This document shows, piece after piece, positions 35,264-46,389 of a stretch of 64,000 bases of DNA. A model generated the notes under the pieces. It did no database searches. It was given only the letters and a program-made list of their open reading frames with translations, and was not told the DNA's origin. Position 1 is the first letter of the stretch, and each line of letters begins with the position of its first letter. The stretch is from an uncultured virus (IMG/VR IMGVR_UViG_2860815047_000004). Lineage: Duplodnaviria > Heunggongvirae > Uroviricota > Caudoviricetes. A program made the translations under genes and the position numbers. The stretch lies in IMG/VR virus record IMGVR_UViG_2860815047_000004, one strand, 5' to 3'.

Positions 35264-37069
35264 TTAAAAATAAACCAGTTCATCTTCAACGTCATATTCA
35301 GTTTGTTTGTTTAACTGTCTTTCTAATACTGTGGCAATATAGTTGCCATAAGCCACTGAGCTATATCTGTCTTTTCGTTTACTCTTTGGCTCTTTTAGCT
35401 TAACTTGTCCATTATCGCTATATTCAGCTTCTAAGTTGATCATTTCATTTATTAGAAGTGTAATCTGAGCATAGCTTGAAAGGAATTTTCCTTTAACCTC
35501 AGGGGATAAGCCTTCATAGCCTTTAAATCTTTTCAGGTATTCTTTTCCTTCATTTTCATTGATAGGGATTTTGATTTTCCCTCGTTTGAATCCATCTTTG
35601 AGTAATACCGCAATTTCACTGTTCAATTGTGCATTACCTTTAATGCTATATATTACTTTTTCAGCATTTTGATAAGTACAGCGCTCAGCCATTCTTTCGT
35701 CGTTAATACATGAAAAGGGCTCATATTCTTTAGCGCGTTCTTTATCGTATAGCGGCTGACATAATGCATCATACACGCCAAGCCCGATACTTTGAGTATC
35801 TAATACAATATAGTCGCAATCATAGTCTTCGTATATTTGTCGAATTCTTGTTGCTTGAGTCCCTGTATGACCCCCTACAATGCTTTCCATGTATACAATA
35901 TGACGATCATATCCATTGGAGTTTGGAATCAGTCTGAATACTGTGTAAACACTGGCATCGTTATCCTTACCGGCCATTCCGGCGATGTCATTGCTTACCA
36001 GTCTAATCTCTCCTGGTTTCTTGGATTCATATTTGAAGTTGGAATCCTTGATTAGGCTGTAGTAGTCAGGTGGAAAGAGGGGGGAAGCGAGCTTCCGGTT
36101 CTTTTCTATGTCTTCAAATTTAAAATAAGCTTTTTCAGATTCGCCAAACCAGAGAGCTTCCATTTCCATTGACCAACCAATAGGATCGAAGTCTTCTTCA
36201 GCCATTTCATCTCGAACCTGATCTTTATCCAAAAGACCTTCTTTTATTGCAATTTGATAAGGGAGGCCGCAAACAAAGTATTTAGAACCTTTCATCATTG
36301 CATTGTAGTATGTAATGAACCTGTTAAATGACCAATGAACTTTATACCAGCAGGATGAGAGATAAATTTCTTTGTTTCGCTCTTTGAGATGAGCATATTC
36401 TTCTTTTTCAAGATATTTAGGAGAACGGGGAGCTGTTAGGAATTTTCGGAGTACTTTACTGATGAATTCAAAATCTACCATTCTGAATTCATCTACAATG
36501 AGGAGGTTTGCACGTTTGGAGCGTGCACCATCATTTGAGGCAACGATTTTAATCCAGCTGCCATTATGAAACTCAACTTTGGCATCATTCGTTGAGGTTT
36601 TTAAATCTTCTATTTCTCGCCTTAAATTAGGCGATTCTTTACGTAAGTCATCAATTTTTTCTATGACTTCACGAGCTTGTCCTTTTGTTCCTGACGCAAT
36701 AACTATTTTCGTACCTGGGAAGAGGATGGCTTGTACACAGCAGTATACAGAGGTTAACCAAGTTTTACCCTGACCACGACTGGCCAAATACATAAAATAA
36801 TGGTTATGTACCATCATGTAAATTAAAATACATTGGAACAATTTAAGCGTAATGCCCAAGTATTCTTTTACGAAACGATGTGGATTTGCTCTATAGAATG
36901 AAGTCCATGCACCAATACCATCCATTAATCGTTCGGATTTTGATTTCTTTTTAAAGTTGTTTCCCTTTTTAAAGATATTAATTCCTCGACTATGCTTGTT
37001 GCGATCTGTTGTAAAATTTTTATGTGAGGTCATTTTCTCGTTCCTCTTCTTCTGTAACAGGTTCTTCAA
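35264..37069 (-). CDS. yonF: Terminase large subunit (YonF)
   Basis: Walker A ASRGQGKT, Walker B LLIVDEF, nuclease D(IA)...KDRYSS. Confidence 0.9.
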   Translation of the reverse strand: MKNLLQKKRNEKMTSHKNFTTDRNKHSRGINIFKKGNNFKKKSKSERLMDGIGAWTSFYRANPHRFVKEYLGITLKLFQCILIYMMVHNHYFMYLASRGQGKTWLTSVYCCVQAILFPGTKIVIASGTKGQAREVIEKIDDLRKESPNLRREIEDLKTSTNDAKVEFHNGSWIKIVASNDGARSKRANLLIVDEFRMVDFEFISKVLRKFLTAPRSPKYLEKEEYAHLKERNKEIYLSSCWYKVHWSFNRFITYYNAMMKGSKYFVCGLPYQIAIKEGLLDKDQVRDEMAEEDFDPIGWSMEMEALWFGESEKAYFKFEDIEKNRKLASPLFPPDYYSLIKDSNFKYESKKPGEIRLVSNDIAGMAGKDNDASVYTVFRLIPNSNGYDRHIVYMESIVGGHTGTQATRIRQIYEDYDCDYIVLDTQSIGLGVYDALCQPLYDKERAKEYEPFSCINDERMAERCTYQNAEKVIYSIKGNAQLNSEIAVLLKDGFKRGKIKIPINENEGKEYLKRFKGYEGLSPEVKGKFLSSYAQITLLINEMINLEAEYSDNGQVKLKEPKSKRKDRYSSVAYGNYIATVLERQLNKQTEYDVEDELVYF

Positions 37070-37940
37070 CAGTGTGCTTATTCATTTCTTCCCAATATTC
37101 CTCTGAATATTGATTTTTTAGACCAAGCATTCGGGACAGATGACCAAGGAAAAACACCTTAATGTATTTACCAATTTTATCAGGATCTTTCCACCTAGGC
37201 TCTGGCTCAGGTATTGGTCTCTCATTCTCATATTTTTTTATCAAGGTTCCAAAAGACTCTTGCTCAACTCCACTTGCTCCAGTTTCTTGAACCGGTTTTA
37301 AATTACTTGAGCCAAGTAAATCTTGAAGAGTTTTTTGCTGCTGATCGACTTTTTCACCATTCTCCCGTCGTTTGCGGATATCTAGCCGCGTCAAACATAT
37401 TTCATTTATAAGAAGTTCCATTCCTTTAGAGTCACATTCATACCTATTCGTGAAATCAATATATTCATTTTGAAGCCAAATGTAATCTTCAACATCAAGA
37501 CCGCGACCCCAGAATTGCATTAATTCATTTATGTCTTCCTTAGATATATCTTCTGTACTTTTAGCGAGTAATAACTGTGTTGTGTATTCTTGTTCTTCTT
37601 CAAAGTCAAATTCACTGTCTGCCCAAGTTTTTGACTTGTAATCTTTCATTCCGATATTCTTCATATACGTACCTAACACATTACCATCTGATTTTTTCTT
37701 GGAAACTGATTCGTTAACAGCAGAAACCCATAAGTCGTAAACAAATGGGCGATCAATCATCCTTAAGATGTTTTGTACATTCTTCAAGTTATCTTTGTCT
37801 TTTTGGAATTCGTTTTGGAGACAACTCTTACATACTGATAGTTTGCCGGTTGCAGCATTAAAAGCGGATTCAGAAATATAATATTGATTGGCATTTTGTT
37901 CTTTGCCGCAGCATGAGCATTTTATTTTTTCAGCAGACAT
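37020..37940 (-). CDS. yonG: YonG-like Zn-finger protein (small terminase candidate)
   Basis: CSCC...CKSC; 306 aa; upstream of the large terminase. Confidence 0.65.
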   Translation of the reverse strand: MSAEKIKCSCCGKEQNANQYYISESAFNAATGKLSVCKSCLQNEFQKDKDNLKNVQNILRMIDRPFVYDLWVSAVNESVSKKKSDGNVLGTYMKNIGMKDYKSKTWADSEFDFEEEQEYTTQLLLAKSTEDISKEDINELMQFWGRGLDVEDYIWLQNEYIDFTNRYECDSKGMELLINEICLTRLDIRKRRENGEKVDQQQKTLQDLLGSSNLKPVQETGASGVEQESFGTLIKKYENERPIPEPEPRWKDPDKIGKYIKVFFLGHLSRMLGLKNQYSEEYWEEMNKHTVEEPVTEEEERENDLT

Positions 37941-38045
37941 ATCTCACCTCCATAAAGTTAGTTGATGTAAACACGTTTTATAAAACGCCCAGTAATAGAG
38001 CGGAAGGGGGGTACCGCAATCATCCTGGGCGTTCTAAAAAGGTGT

Positions 38046-38570
38046 TTAAACTAAAGAAGAGAGGACTTCATCATGATGAAATCCTCCTTTGATCTCAATT
38101 CCTAATTTTTTAATTGTTTTGAGTTGATCTTTAGTAACAGTACTGTCGATATAAACGCCATTCGGAAAATGGTTACCTTCTAAATAATTGGCTGAGATAA
38201 TAGTACAACTAATTCCTTTTTCTTTGGCTAAGTCTTTGTAAACCTTTTGATGAGCACCTACAAGTAAAGGAATATTATTCTCTTGCGATAGCCTAAGAAG
38301 AAGAGTTGTTTTACCTTTACCTCTCTGAGAACCATTTACCAGCAGCATTTTGGGTGCATTTTTATGAAACTTTTCTTGTAGTGTTTTATCCACGTCATTA
38401 AAAACAACTTTCATTCGCTTGGATGGAGGTTGGATTTTCTCTCCAAAAATAGTTAAATGAATAGCTTCTAATACACGCTTAATCTCAGAATCACATCTGT
38501 ATCCAGACTGTTTTAACTCTGTGAGGGTTTCTAAATGTTTATTTAAGTATTTAAAATCTTCATTCGTCAT
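38046..38570 (-). CDS. yonH: YonH-like protein with P-loop-like motif
   Basis: GSQRGKGKT; position. Confidence 0.55.
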   Translation of the reverse strand: MTNEDFKYLNKHLETLTELKQSGYRCDSEIKRVLEAIHLTIFGEKIQPPSKRMKVVFNDVDKTLQEKFHKNAPKMLLVNGSQRGKGKTTLLLRLSQENNIPLLVGAHQKVYKDLAKEKGISCTIISANYLEGNHFPNGVYIDSTVTKDQLKTIKKLGIEIKGGFHHDEVLSSLV

Positions 38571-38601
38571 TTTTTGTCTTCATCCTCAATCGTTTTTAGT
38601 A

Positions 38602-38931
38602 TTACTTTAATAAACCTTCAATAGCTCCTAGGCTCACAACTGTCTCATAAGGTGAATAGTGTTTTGCTGCCACACTCATGTTTCTTAAATCATCTATGGC
38701 AATTCTTTTATTTATAAAAGCTTCTCTATGAGTCTCAATAACATATTTAGGATCAGCAAATGGCTTACTTACAGTATTACAAGTCACTTCTTCATAAACA
38801 GCAGGAATTGAATCCAACAGATACTTATAATCACACAGCTCTTTCATTAATTGTTCTTTGTTAATATTTCCTGTTCCATCTTCAATGATTTCCTTCCAGA
38901 AAGACTCGTAAACATCTTTGTAATCAGCCAC
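38602..38931 (-). CDS. Hypothetical protein
   Basis: 109-aa ORF, GGAG RBS. Confidence 0.65.
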   Translation of the reverse strand: MADYKDVYESFWKEIIEDGTGNINKEQLMKELCDYKYLLDSIPAVYEEVTCNTVSKPFADPKYVIETHREAFINKRIAIDDLRNMSVAAKHYSPYETVVSLGAIEGLLK

Positions 38932-38967
38932 TTACACTGCTCCAATCTGAATAAAATTAAAGTTTTA

Positions 38968-39423
38968 TCAATAGTGAATTTTGAAGAATTCGTTATCTAA
39001 TGGGTTTACTTTGAAAATCAAATCTAAACCTGATACCTCACCACTAGCACCTTTAAGTTCTGCTCTAGAAATAATTTCGACATTGTTAAATTCTAAAGTA
39101 ACCTTGTGTGACTTTGTTGTCTCAATATGGCGACCAATTGTTTCAGCTAATAATTTGAATTCAGAGCGAGGAGTCTCTTTTAAAACTGAAATATATTGTT
39201 TCTTCCCTAACTTTGATTCAAAGGAGGTAGGGGCTTTATAATCGCCTAAAAATTTAAGTACATCAAAGTTTAACAGAGCGTTCTTTGCAAAAATCAAATA
39301 CGTTTCATGTTCATCGCTATAAAAGATTTCAACATCTTGAAGAGATGTTAAATCAATTAAAGATTCCTCAGTTGTTTTATCATACAAGTGAAGGTTATAA
39401 ACTTCGTGCATTGCTAATTCCAA
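38968..39423 (-). CDS. Hypothetical protein
   Basis: 151-aa ORF, AAGGAGAG RBS. Confidence 0.65.
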   Translation of the reverse strand: MELAMHEVYNLHLYDKTTEESLIDLTSLQDVEIFYSDEHETYLIFAKNALLNFDVLKFLGDYKAPTSFESKLGKKQYISVLKETPRSEFKLLAETIGRHIETTKSHKVTLEFNNVEIISRAELKGASGEVSGLDLIFKVNPLDNEFFKIHY

Positions 39424-39425
39424 AT

Positions 39426-39530
39426 TTATTCTCTCCTTTGAAACAAAGACTCAGTAATTGTCCTCTTAAATTCTTCCGAAAATTGATCCCAATGAATAGA
39501 CAATTCGTTAATAAATGAAGCAGCGCTCAA
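39426..39530 (-). CDS. Small ORF (34 aa; absent from ORF track)
   Basis: AAGGGGG RBS then TTG; MSAASFINELSIHWDQFSEEFKRTITESLFQRRE; stop abuts the next start. Confidence 0.4.
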   Translation of the reverse strand: MSAASFINELSIHWDQFSEEFKRTITESLFQRRE

Positions 39531-39638
39531 TATTTAACCCCCTTTTTTAACGGATTATGCAGTTCCTCAATAAACAAAGTTAATAGGATCCTACATCGAG
39601 GCTCCCTTAGTTGAAAAAATAATGTCCTAATACTTCGA

Positions 39639-40850
39639 TTAGGCTCTGTTGTGTGTATCATTCTTAAAGCGAATTATGTATGTAGCCTCAATACCTGCAT
39701 CATCAAAAACCATAAATTTTTGAGAAGGTTTTGTTCCGAACCGACCTTGCATAGCATAATCATCCGCACCGACAAGCGCTCCGTTTACTACAACTGTTGT
39801 GCTGCCATACTCTTTTTCATAATTGTGATGAATATGACCACCGAATATGTAAGAAGGGATGTAGCCAAGTAATTGAGGCAATCGTGTTACACACTGATCA
39901 ACACGATCGTAGTGTCCGTGTACAAACACGACTTCCTGATTGTTGATTTTAGCGGGGATGAAACCGTCTTGCTCAGGTTCAATGGAGATGTTCTTTATGT
40001 TCTTCAATCTGGCTTCGAGGTACCAATTAATGAGGTATTCAAAGTTTTCTTTAATCCCTACATCATTTTTAGAAGGGGAGAGGCGACCGTGATTTCCTGC
40101 CACGTTGTAGAACTTAACCTCTTGAAACTCACTTGCCAACATAGCTAGCACTTCTGCAAGCGTTTCTGATACATATTTAATTTGTTCTACAGCATCTTCA
40201 TTGGCCTGAACTCTTGTAGACACATGAATAAGACCTCCGATTAAATCACCGAGATTTGCTACGTGCAGTGTGGAAACATGATTCTGTTTACCATACTCAA
40301 TCACTTTGTTGGTTAGATGTTCTACACGCTCATTGAAGATTTCTTTGTTGAATTTATTAATGCGGTTATCGATTTCCATTCCGAAGTGCCAATCACTGAA
40401 TAGAGCAAGTCCATGTTTTTCAGCAATAGCGGGGGATGGGAAGGTGAAGCGAAGGGGTCTTTTTGACTCTAGAGATGCAATAGCTTGAACAACATCATCT
40501 TTAATTTGTTCAAACCGTGCTTGATTGGCAATGAATTTCCGGAATTCTCTTTTTTGATCTCGTGCTTTGATTGTTTGTTTTTCGGATTCAATGCGAATTT
40601 CTTCATGTTTTTGTTGAACTTCTTTGTTCATATTCTTTGAGATAAAGTAATCGTGCCAGCGCTCAAATTGTTTAAAGTCTTTACGCCATTTGCTTTCATC
40701 ATAGTTGGTTCCCTGATCTTTATTTAATAGTGTAGCAATTGTTTTTGTGTCAATGTGATAAGTATCTTTGTTTTTGAAAAGTCTAATATGATAATCAGTA
40801 AATGATTCGTCTTTTTCTCGCTGTAAAACAGTATCTAAAATAGCTGTCAT
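39639..40850 (-). CDS. yonJ: Calcineurin-like metallophosphoesterase (YonJ)
   Basis: SDWHFG, LGDLIGG, GNHGR, HGH, GHIHH motifs. Confidence 0.85.
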   Translation of the reverse strand: MTAILDTVLQREKDESFTDYHIRLFKNKDTYHIDTKTIATLLNKDQGTNYDESKWRKDFKQFERWHDYFISKNMNKEVQQKHEEIRIESEKQTIKARDQKREFRKFIANQARFEQIKDDVVQAIASLESKRPLRFTFPSPAIAEKHGLALFSDWHFGMEIDNRINKFNKEIFNERVEHLTNKVIEYGKQNHVSTLHVANLGDLIGGLIHVSTRVQANEDAVEQIKYVSETLAEVLAMLASEFQEVKFYNVAGNHGRLSPSKNDVGIKENFEYLINWYLEARLKNIKNISIEPEQDGFIPAKINNQEVVFVHGHYDRVDQCVTRLPQLLGYIPSYIFGGHIHHNYEKEYGSTTVVVNGALVGADDYAMQGRFGTKPSQKFMVFDDAGIEATYIIRFKNDTHNRA

Positions 40851-40861
40851 TCAGTCACCAC

Positions 40862-41062
40862 CTACTCATTGATTTGTGGAAGTTCGTCTTCTTCGGTAAT
40901 AGAAATCTTCACTTTCCGACCGTCAAATGATTTTAAAATTGAATTCAGATCATAACGCTCGATGTCCGTTTTTGTTTCTTCTTCAATAATCCCATCAATG
41001 TAAGTATAGTTACCTTTTAAATTTACTGTATGAACTTTCTTAGCCAAATTAAATTCCTCCAA
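40862..41062 (-). CDS. yonK: YonK-like small protein
   Basis: AKKVHTVNLKG...LKSFDGRKVKISITEE; position. Confidence 0.75.
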   Translation of the reverse strand: MEEFNLAKKVHTVNLKGNYTYIDGIIEEETKTDIERYDLNSILKSFDGRKVKISITEEDELPQINE

Positions 41063-42700
41063 TATGTGTTTTATTTTCGTTCAATAAGCTCCTTCGGAAG
41101 CCCGATGATCCGAAGCATCGGTAACGTCCGAAAAGGGGATATAAAGGAGATGAAAAGATAAGTCGGATAGGCGTTGGGGAAACGCCCGAAGGAGATTATT
41201 GATAACTTGCGTACCGGAAGGCTCTTAAGCACATTCCGGCTGATCGGTAAAGTAAAACGCAAGCACAAAAAGACCTTCTAACGATTTAGATGGCCTTGTT
41301 CTGATTACATTCTAACCCCGTTTCACCTACGTCAGTAGCTCACGTAGGGACGCAAGCCTTCAGATCGACAGGGAATACGCTGATTACGGGTTCAGCGACT
41401 GAAACCTTTGTAGTCGACAAACTATAAGTAAGGCGAAAATAACAAAAGACGCCAAATAACGTCTTCAGAAACTCCTTGTACTTCATGGTACATGAGCATA
41501 AAAGGCTGGTTATCGCTGTGCGAAATCCAGCTGGCTCCTTCTACACCTGGCAGATGAGCTATGACAACAAATAATACACACTTTCTGGAATGTGTTTAAA
41601 GTTCCTATTGCCAACATCTTATATATCAAGTTTTTATGTTGCTTGCCAACTGCTCAGCAGAGTCTGAGAGCCAAGGAAAAAATTTGAGAAGGGAAGACCC
41701 TAATAAGCCTTCTCAATGGCATTTTTAATGCTCTTGTCAGGTTACACGCCTTATTGAGAAACAAAGCGTCTCAAACGCTCGCCGTTTATTTTGCACAGTT
41801 TTCTCTGACCCGTGTAAGGAGGTATGTGCATGGGAAAGTTTAGGCTCCATTCAGAACATTGAAGGAGATAAGTGAAATAAAGTGAACGTGTTGCTAAATG
41901 AAATTGAAAAGGCAAGACCGAAAATAACCCTTTTCTGTGAAATGCGAGCGGTGATCAAGCGCCCAAAAACCATCCCACTTATTTTACGAGGGTATGTGAT
42001 TACAAAGCCTCGCTAACCCGGAAAAATTTTTGATGACCCATAATAAGCATCAAAGCTTACAAGGGCAGTATTTAAAGGGAAGGGAGACGCATCTACCTTA
42101 CCTAAGTGCAAGCCGAAACAATACACCGCAATTAATATTCAGGTTATATGCCACCCATAATAAGACCCTGATGGGATTCAGTCGCAATTTGCATTAATGC
42201 GTCAAGTCTTATCGGCATATTTAGCCCGATAATAGCCATTTACCTGTCTCTTTAAGATACAGACATCCGAGTTAACCTCGAACCCTCATAAATGACCATT
42301 ATCCGACTAACTACAATGACCAGTTGTAGCTGTAAAGTCGAATTTAATGCTTTTGTTCGTATGAAAATAGCATAGACATGTTTAGAAAAGGCTTCATCCA
42401 CGATGGGGCAATACCCCGCTAATATCCACTTATCCGAAACCCTGGCATTCCAAGTCCTCAAACAAATGAATATTAGCGGAGAACTGATATCCCACATATC
42501 AGTAAACAGCTTATTATTGACGACACCCCCCATGCCATCAATAAAAGAACTCTAATTGATTAACCTGGAGATGAACACATGCGAAAAGAGGGGAGGGCGA
42601 CAATTTCCTCCATAACATCTAACTCTGCCACTTTTAGGAGCATAAGCTCTATGTGACAAAGCGTGCAGGAAGCCTTTCCTGTCGTCCTCATTAATTTTTA
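41063..42700 (-). ncRNA. Candidate large structured non-coding RNA(s)
   Basis: No credible ORF over 1.6 kb; near-continuous stems and multibranch junctions; most imperfect pairs inspected are G.U on the minus strand. Confidence 0.6.
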
Positions 42701-42976
42701 TTAAGCTTTCACTGCGTCTTTTAGAGATTTAGCAGCCTTGAAGGCAGGTGCCTTTGTAGCTGGAATATCAATTTCTTCGCCCGATTTTGGATTTCTCCCT
42801 TTACGAGCTGCACGTTCACGAACTTCAAACGTTCCAACTCCAGGAATCTTGATTGATTCACCTTTTGTAAGTGTTTCAACGATCACATTAAATACTGCTT
42901 CTACTTTAGGTGCAGCTTCTTTCTTAGTAACTCCTAATTTTTCTGCAACTTCTCCAATAAATTCTGTTTTGTTCAT
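42701..42976 (-). CDS. yonN: HU-family histone-like DNA-binding protein
   Basis: MNKTEFI...GTFEVRERAARKGRNPKSGEEIDIPA...PAFKA. Confidence 0.95.
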   Translation of the reverse strand: MNKTEFIGEVAEKLGVTKKEAAPKVEAVFNVIVETLTKGESIKIPGVGTFEVRERAARKGRNPKSGEEIDIPATKAPAFKAAKSLKDAVKA

Positions 42977-43231
42977 TTTTAATTCCTCCTAGTGGTTTTG
43001 TATATTTTTGTGTTAAAGTATAATTACGGTAACGTTCGCGCTTCTTTTGAAAAATGGGAGACGTACTCACCCTTATATGTGGAAATTAGCTTTCTTTCTC
43101 CCTTATGACGATTATCTCAAAAGGGGCTTTCAGACCAGTCATATCAGGGGTTCAAGGCACTTTTTTTGTTAAACTTTTTCCGGTAAAATCGCTGTACCCC
43201 TTGGGGGAGTAAGGCTCAAGACACTTTCTAT

Positions 43232-43888
43232 TTAGGTAGCAGAGCGATATTTGGTTTTATTCTTATGCCATTTTTCTCTTTGTCGTTCTTTTTCTCTTTT
43301 ATTAAAACAGCTAGTGCAATATTTTTTGCGGTTAGAAGAGGATTTGATTATTTTTAAACAAGAACTGCATTTAGTTGTATTCTTTAAGTTCTTTCGTAAA
43401 TTCTCTAGGATTGTATCCCCGAAACATTCCCATAATGTTGATTTAAATTTGCTTTTCTTTTTATACAGATACTTAATCAGAACATCAGCAACATATTGCT
43501 CGTCTTCATGAATCTTCAGCAATCTGTCTTTAATGACCTTATAAACATAAAGTTTTTGTCCAGGCTTAATGTCTTCATCATTCATGAGCCATTTCTTGTT
43601 TTGGTCTAATCGTTTGTACTCACTAATAATTGCCTCGTCCAACTTAATATCCTTGTTCTTGAGCAGGAAGCGATAATCGAACTTCCCTGCAACAGCTGCA
43701 AAATTAATTCGGTCTGAGGGGATAATGGAGTCTAACTTGTTTACTGTGCTTTCATTAATTAACTCAACGCCATGTTCTTCTTTATCCTTTGCATTGATGA
43801 AGAAGTGGGGTACTTTATTTTTTATGTAATCTTTGATTTTTTCATCGACATGATCAGGTCGGGTAGGCATGAATAAGGTTTTTGCGAA
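43232..43888 (-). CDS. yonO: YonO RNA polymerase, exon 2
   Basis: Resumes [12 protein letters not shown]-terminal CSSC...KYCTSC Zn motif. Confidence 0.88.
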   Translation of the reverse strand, partial: FAKTLFMPTRPDHVDEKIKDYIKNKVPHFFINAKDKEEHGVELINESTVNKLDSIIPSDRINFAAVAGKFDYRFLLKNKDIKLDEAIISEYKRLDQNKKWLMNDEDIKPGQKLYVYKVIKDRLLKIHEDEQYVADVLIKYLYKKKSKFKSTLWECFGDTILENLRKNLKNTTKCSSCLKIIKSSSNRKKYCTSCFNKREKERQREKWHKNKTKYRSAT

Positions 43889-44219
43889 CTTTGATACCCT
43901 CGGTTTCCCGATATTTTATTAGGGAATAGACCATATCATCATCTGTGCTAGACAGATGGTCAGCGCTTCATAATAAGGAATTTCACCTTATTATTACTCC
44001 ATAAAGGATGGTCGTTGCACCTTCATTTACAAGTGCTTCCCAGCATGATGTAAACGCTTGGCACAGGGTTATCGTATCGATAAGGACTTAGAATTCCCCT
44101 GTTAGCACACTCATTGACGATCATTTCCTATCGCTGCTTTTCGCTGAATGCACACCCTAGATTTCTAGGTTCACTGACTTTTCATCCGCATATCGCTATG
44201 CGACGCGACTAAAAATTTA
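43889..44219 (-). mobile_element. Group I intron (331 nt, no homing endonuclease) in yonO
   Basis: Exon ends ATC GAT; P1 CGAU-UAAAUUUUUA-GUCG with U.G; P7-type GACCAU/AUGGUC; GAAA-capped hairpins; terminal G; splice gives NNFTID|FAKTLF. Confidence 0.9.
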
Positions 44220-46094
44220 ATCGATAGTAAAGTTATTTTCCATACATAGCCATTTGATCACGTCCATATTTATGTTGTCACTGTTCCATATCTTAGTGAT
44301 GTTGTTGCTGTACTCCCCGATATTGATCCCATAAGCAAGAGTTAGTGCTTCATAGATGTTTTTGCTATTAATCTCTTGTTTCTGGGCTACAGACATTTCA
44401 TAATACAACGGAACGATGTTTTCCATATTACGCTTGGCAATATTGACGATTAACTCATCAGGAATAATTAAGGCCTTATCCCCGTCATTGTCGAACTGCA
44501 GCAGTTTAGATATTGGATCATGAATGCTGGTGTAAACACCTGGGGTAATGAACCACTTTTCATATTCCTCATCTTTTTTGTTCCACCTAACACCATGCTC
44601 TCTGAATAGGTGAGGGGAGCGGAGGATATCAATATACCCTTCATCATATAAAGAACAATGGACATCACTTCCTGAAAGCAGTCCTTTTGGATTCTGGATG
44701 TTCAGAAATAATTTTTCGCAGAAAGCATACAGGTCAGGGCATAAGTATGTATAACGAGCACCATCAACAAGCAATTTTCCTGATTTGGCATCTTTAATCA
44801 TGCTTTTCTTTTTATTTTTAATAATTTCTTTCGTGTGATCATCGTTAAGAAGTTCTGGATATAGAAGCAAAGCGTTCTGAAGAGCTGTTCGATGTTTCTT
44901 TTTCTCCGTAGCTCCAAGAACTCTTAACATGGTTTCTTTGTCAGTTCCCAATGTGGTAATCTCTTTTACAGTCTTAGAGCTCATTTGAATTAATTCTTCA
45001 TCGGAGATATCTGTAAGTGTCTGGAGCATTTGATAAGTGAGCTTACCTTCAACAGAAGGGTCTTCTTCGTTGAGTTTTGCCCCTAAGCATCCATATTTTT
45101 TATAATTGAATTGATATTCTTCCCACGATGAATAATACTTCCACATTTTAAACTGGCTTTTAGTGAAGATAATTTGAACATCTTCTTTCACTACGTCCCA
45201 TTCCTTGCCGTATATATCAGTTACTTTAAAAGCTTTGTTTTCCTCAGCAAATTTACGAAAATCAAAAGGGACTAATAAACCCTTTACCCATGGGAGTCTT
45301 ACCATGAAGCTTTTACGACTTAGAGTGGGGAGTATCATTCCGCAGCCATCTGTATGTTCAATGGGAATGTTCATTGTTTTTCGTGTGATATCGTAGGTAT
45401 CTCGATCAATGTAGTCAACGAGACTCGACACATCAGTTTCTAAGTCGTTGACAACAATGGCTTTATCAATATCAATCTCCCAAGGGCTACTGGCACTGTT
45501 AGAAAGGGCCATATAGCTATTCCATTTGTTAATGCTACTACCACCAAGGGAGTTGATCTTTTCAATACTTAAGCCGCATGTCAAAGCATCCTGATACTTA
45601 TCGTAGGTGCTTTTTTTAATGAAACATGACTTCTTTGTACGAATTTGACCGGCGCTGCTCGTGAAATAAATGTATTTTTCATTGTTATGTAAAAATCCCT
45701 GATCAATAATGTCCTTCAATACTTCAAAATGGTAAGTCTGGACAACCATGATTTCCTCTGAAAGGGTGTTTTCTTTAATCCCTAATGTTCGGGTCAACAC
45801 TGAATCAAATAAAGAAATCACTTTATTATCCCTTAAGCTGTCAGTTCGAAGTGTTCTTATGTTATTATGTTCTTCGAATGCGGAATAGAGGCATTCTTTA
45901 AGGTATGTAATTCTTTGTGATATGTATTTCTTATGTTTATTATTTACATTGTCTAATGTCTTAAGATAATCTCTGTATCTATAAGACTTCAAAATCTTAT
46001 TATGTAATGAATTTTCTTTGTCATTATAAAATGCTGATGTGTCCACGCTGTATATGTGAACTTGCTTAGACAATCCGTCTTTTTTTCTTTTCAA
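44220..46094 (-). CDS. yonO: YonO single-subunit RNA polymerase, exon 1
   Basis: HTDGCG, LRSPH and catalytic QFDNDGDK motifs; spliced product 843 aa. Confidence 0.92.
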
Positions 46095-46134
46095 TCAATC
46101 CCCTCCATTTATTTTATTTTTACTCTAAAAGTGC

Positions 46135-46314
46135 TTAATATTCGCTATTAAGATATTGATTTACTAAACTTCGATATGTAAAGCTTTGCTTATTAATCTT
46201 TCCGTACCATTTATAATCCTGATAAAGGTATTCTTCTTCGGGTGTTGCTGTCCCATCGACTACTTTTCCCTCAATAAATCCCATTAAATGACTAAATAAA
46301 TACTGCTTTTTCAT
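46135..46314 (-). CDS. yonP: YonP-like small protein (59 aa; absent from ORF track)
   Basis: GGAGGTG RBS; MKKQYLFSHLMGFIEGKVVDGTATPEEEYLYQDYKWYGKINKQSFTYRSLVNQYLNSEY; upstream of yonO. Confidence 0.65.
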   Translation of the reverse strand: MKKQYLFSHLMGFIEGKVVDGTATPEEEYLYQDYKWYGKINKQSFTYRSLVNQYLNSEY

Positions 46315-46389
46315 CTTACACCTCCATACTATTTTATTTTTACTCTTAAAGTAATTAAAATAAAGACCACTTCATGTGGTTGTGTCTTT

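Noticed and set aside
41080..41202. tRNA gene (cloverleaf-like junction)
   Set aside because: No TTC T-loop or D-loop consensus, no 7-nt anticodon loop, and the arm sizes do not fit.
41071..42533. ORFs 41071-41268 and 42252-42533 as genes
   Set aside because: No convincing RBS, atypical composition, and they overlap strong stems; more likely chance ORFs in structured RNA.
43232..46094. yonO as a pseudogene or two genes
   Set aside because: The gap has group I intron hallmarks and its removal restores a continuous 843-aa ORF.
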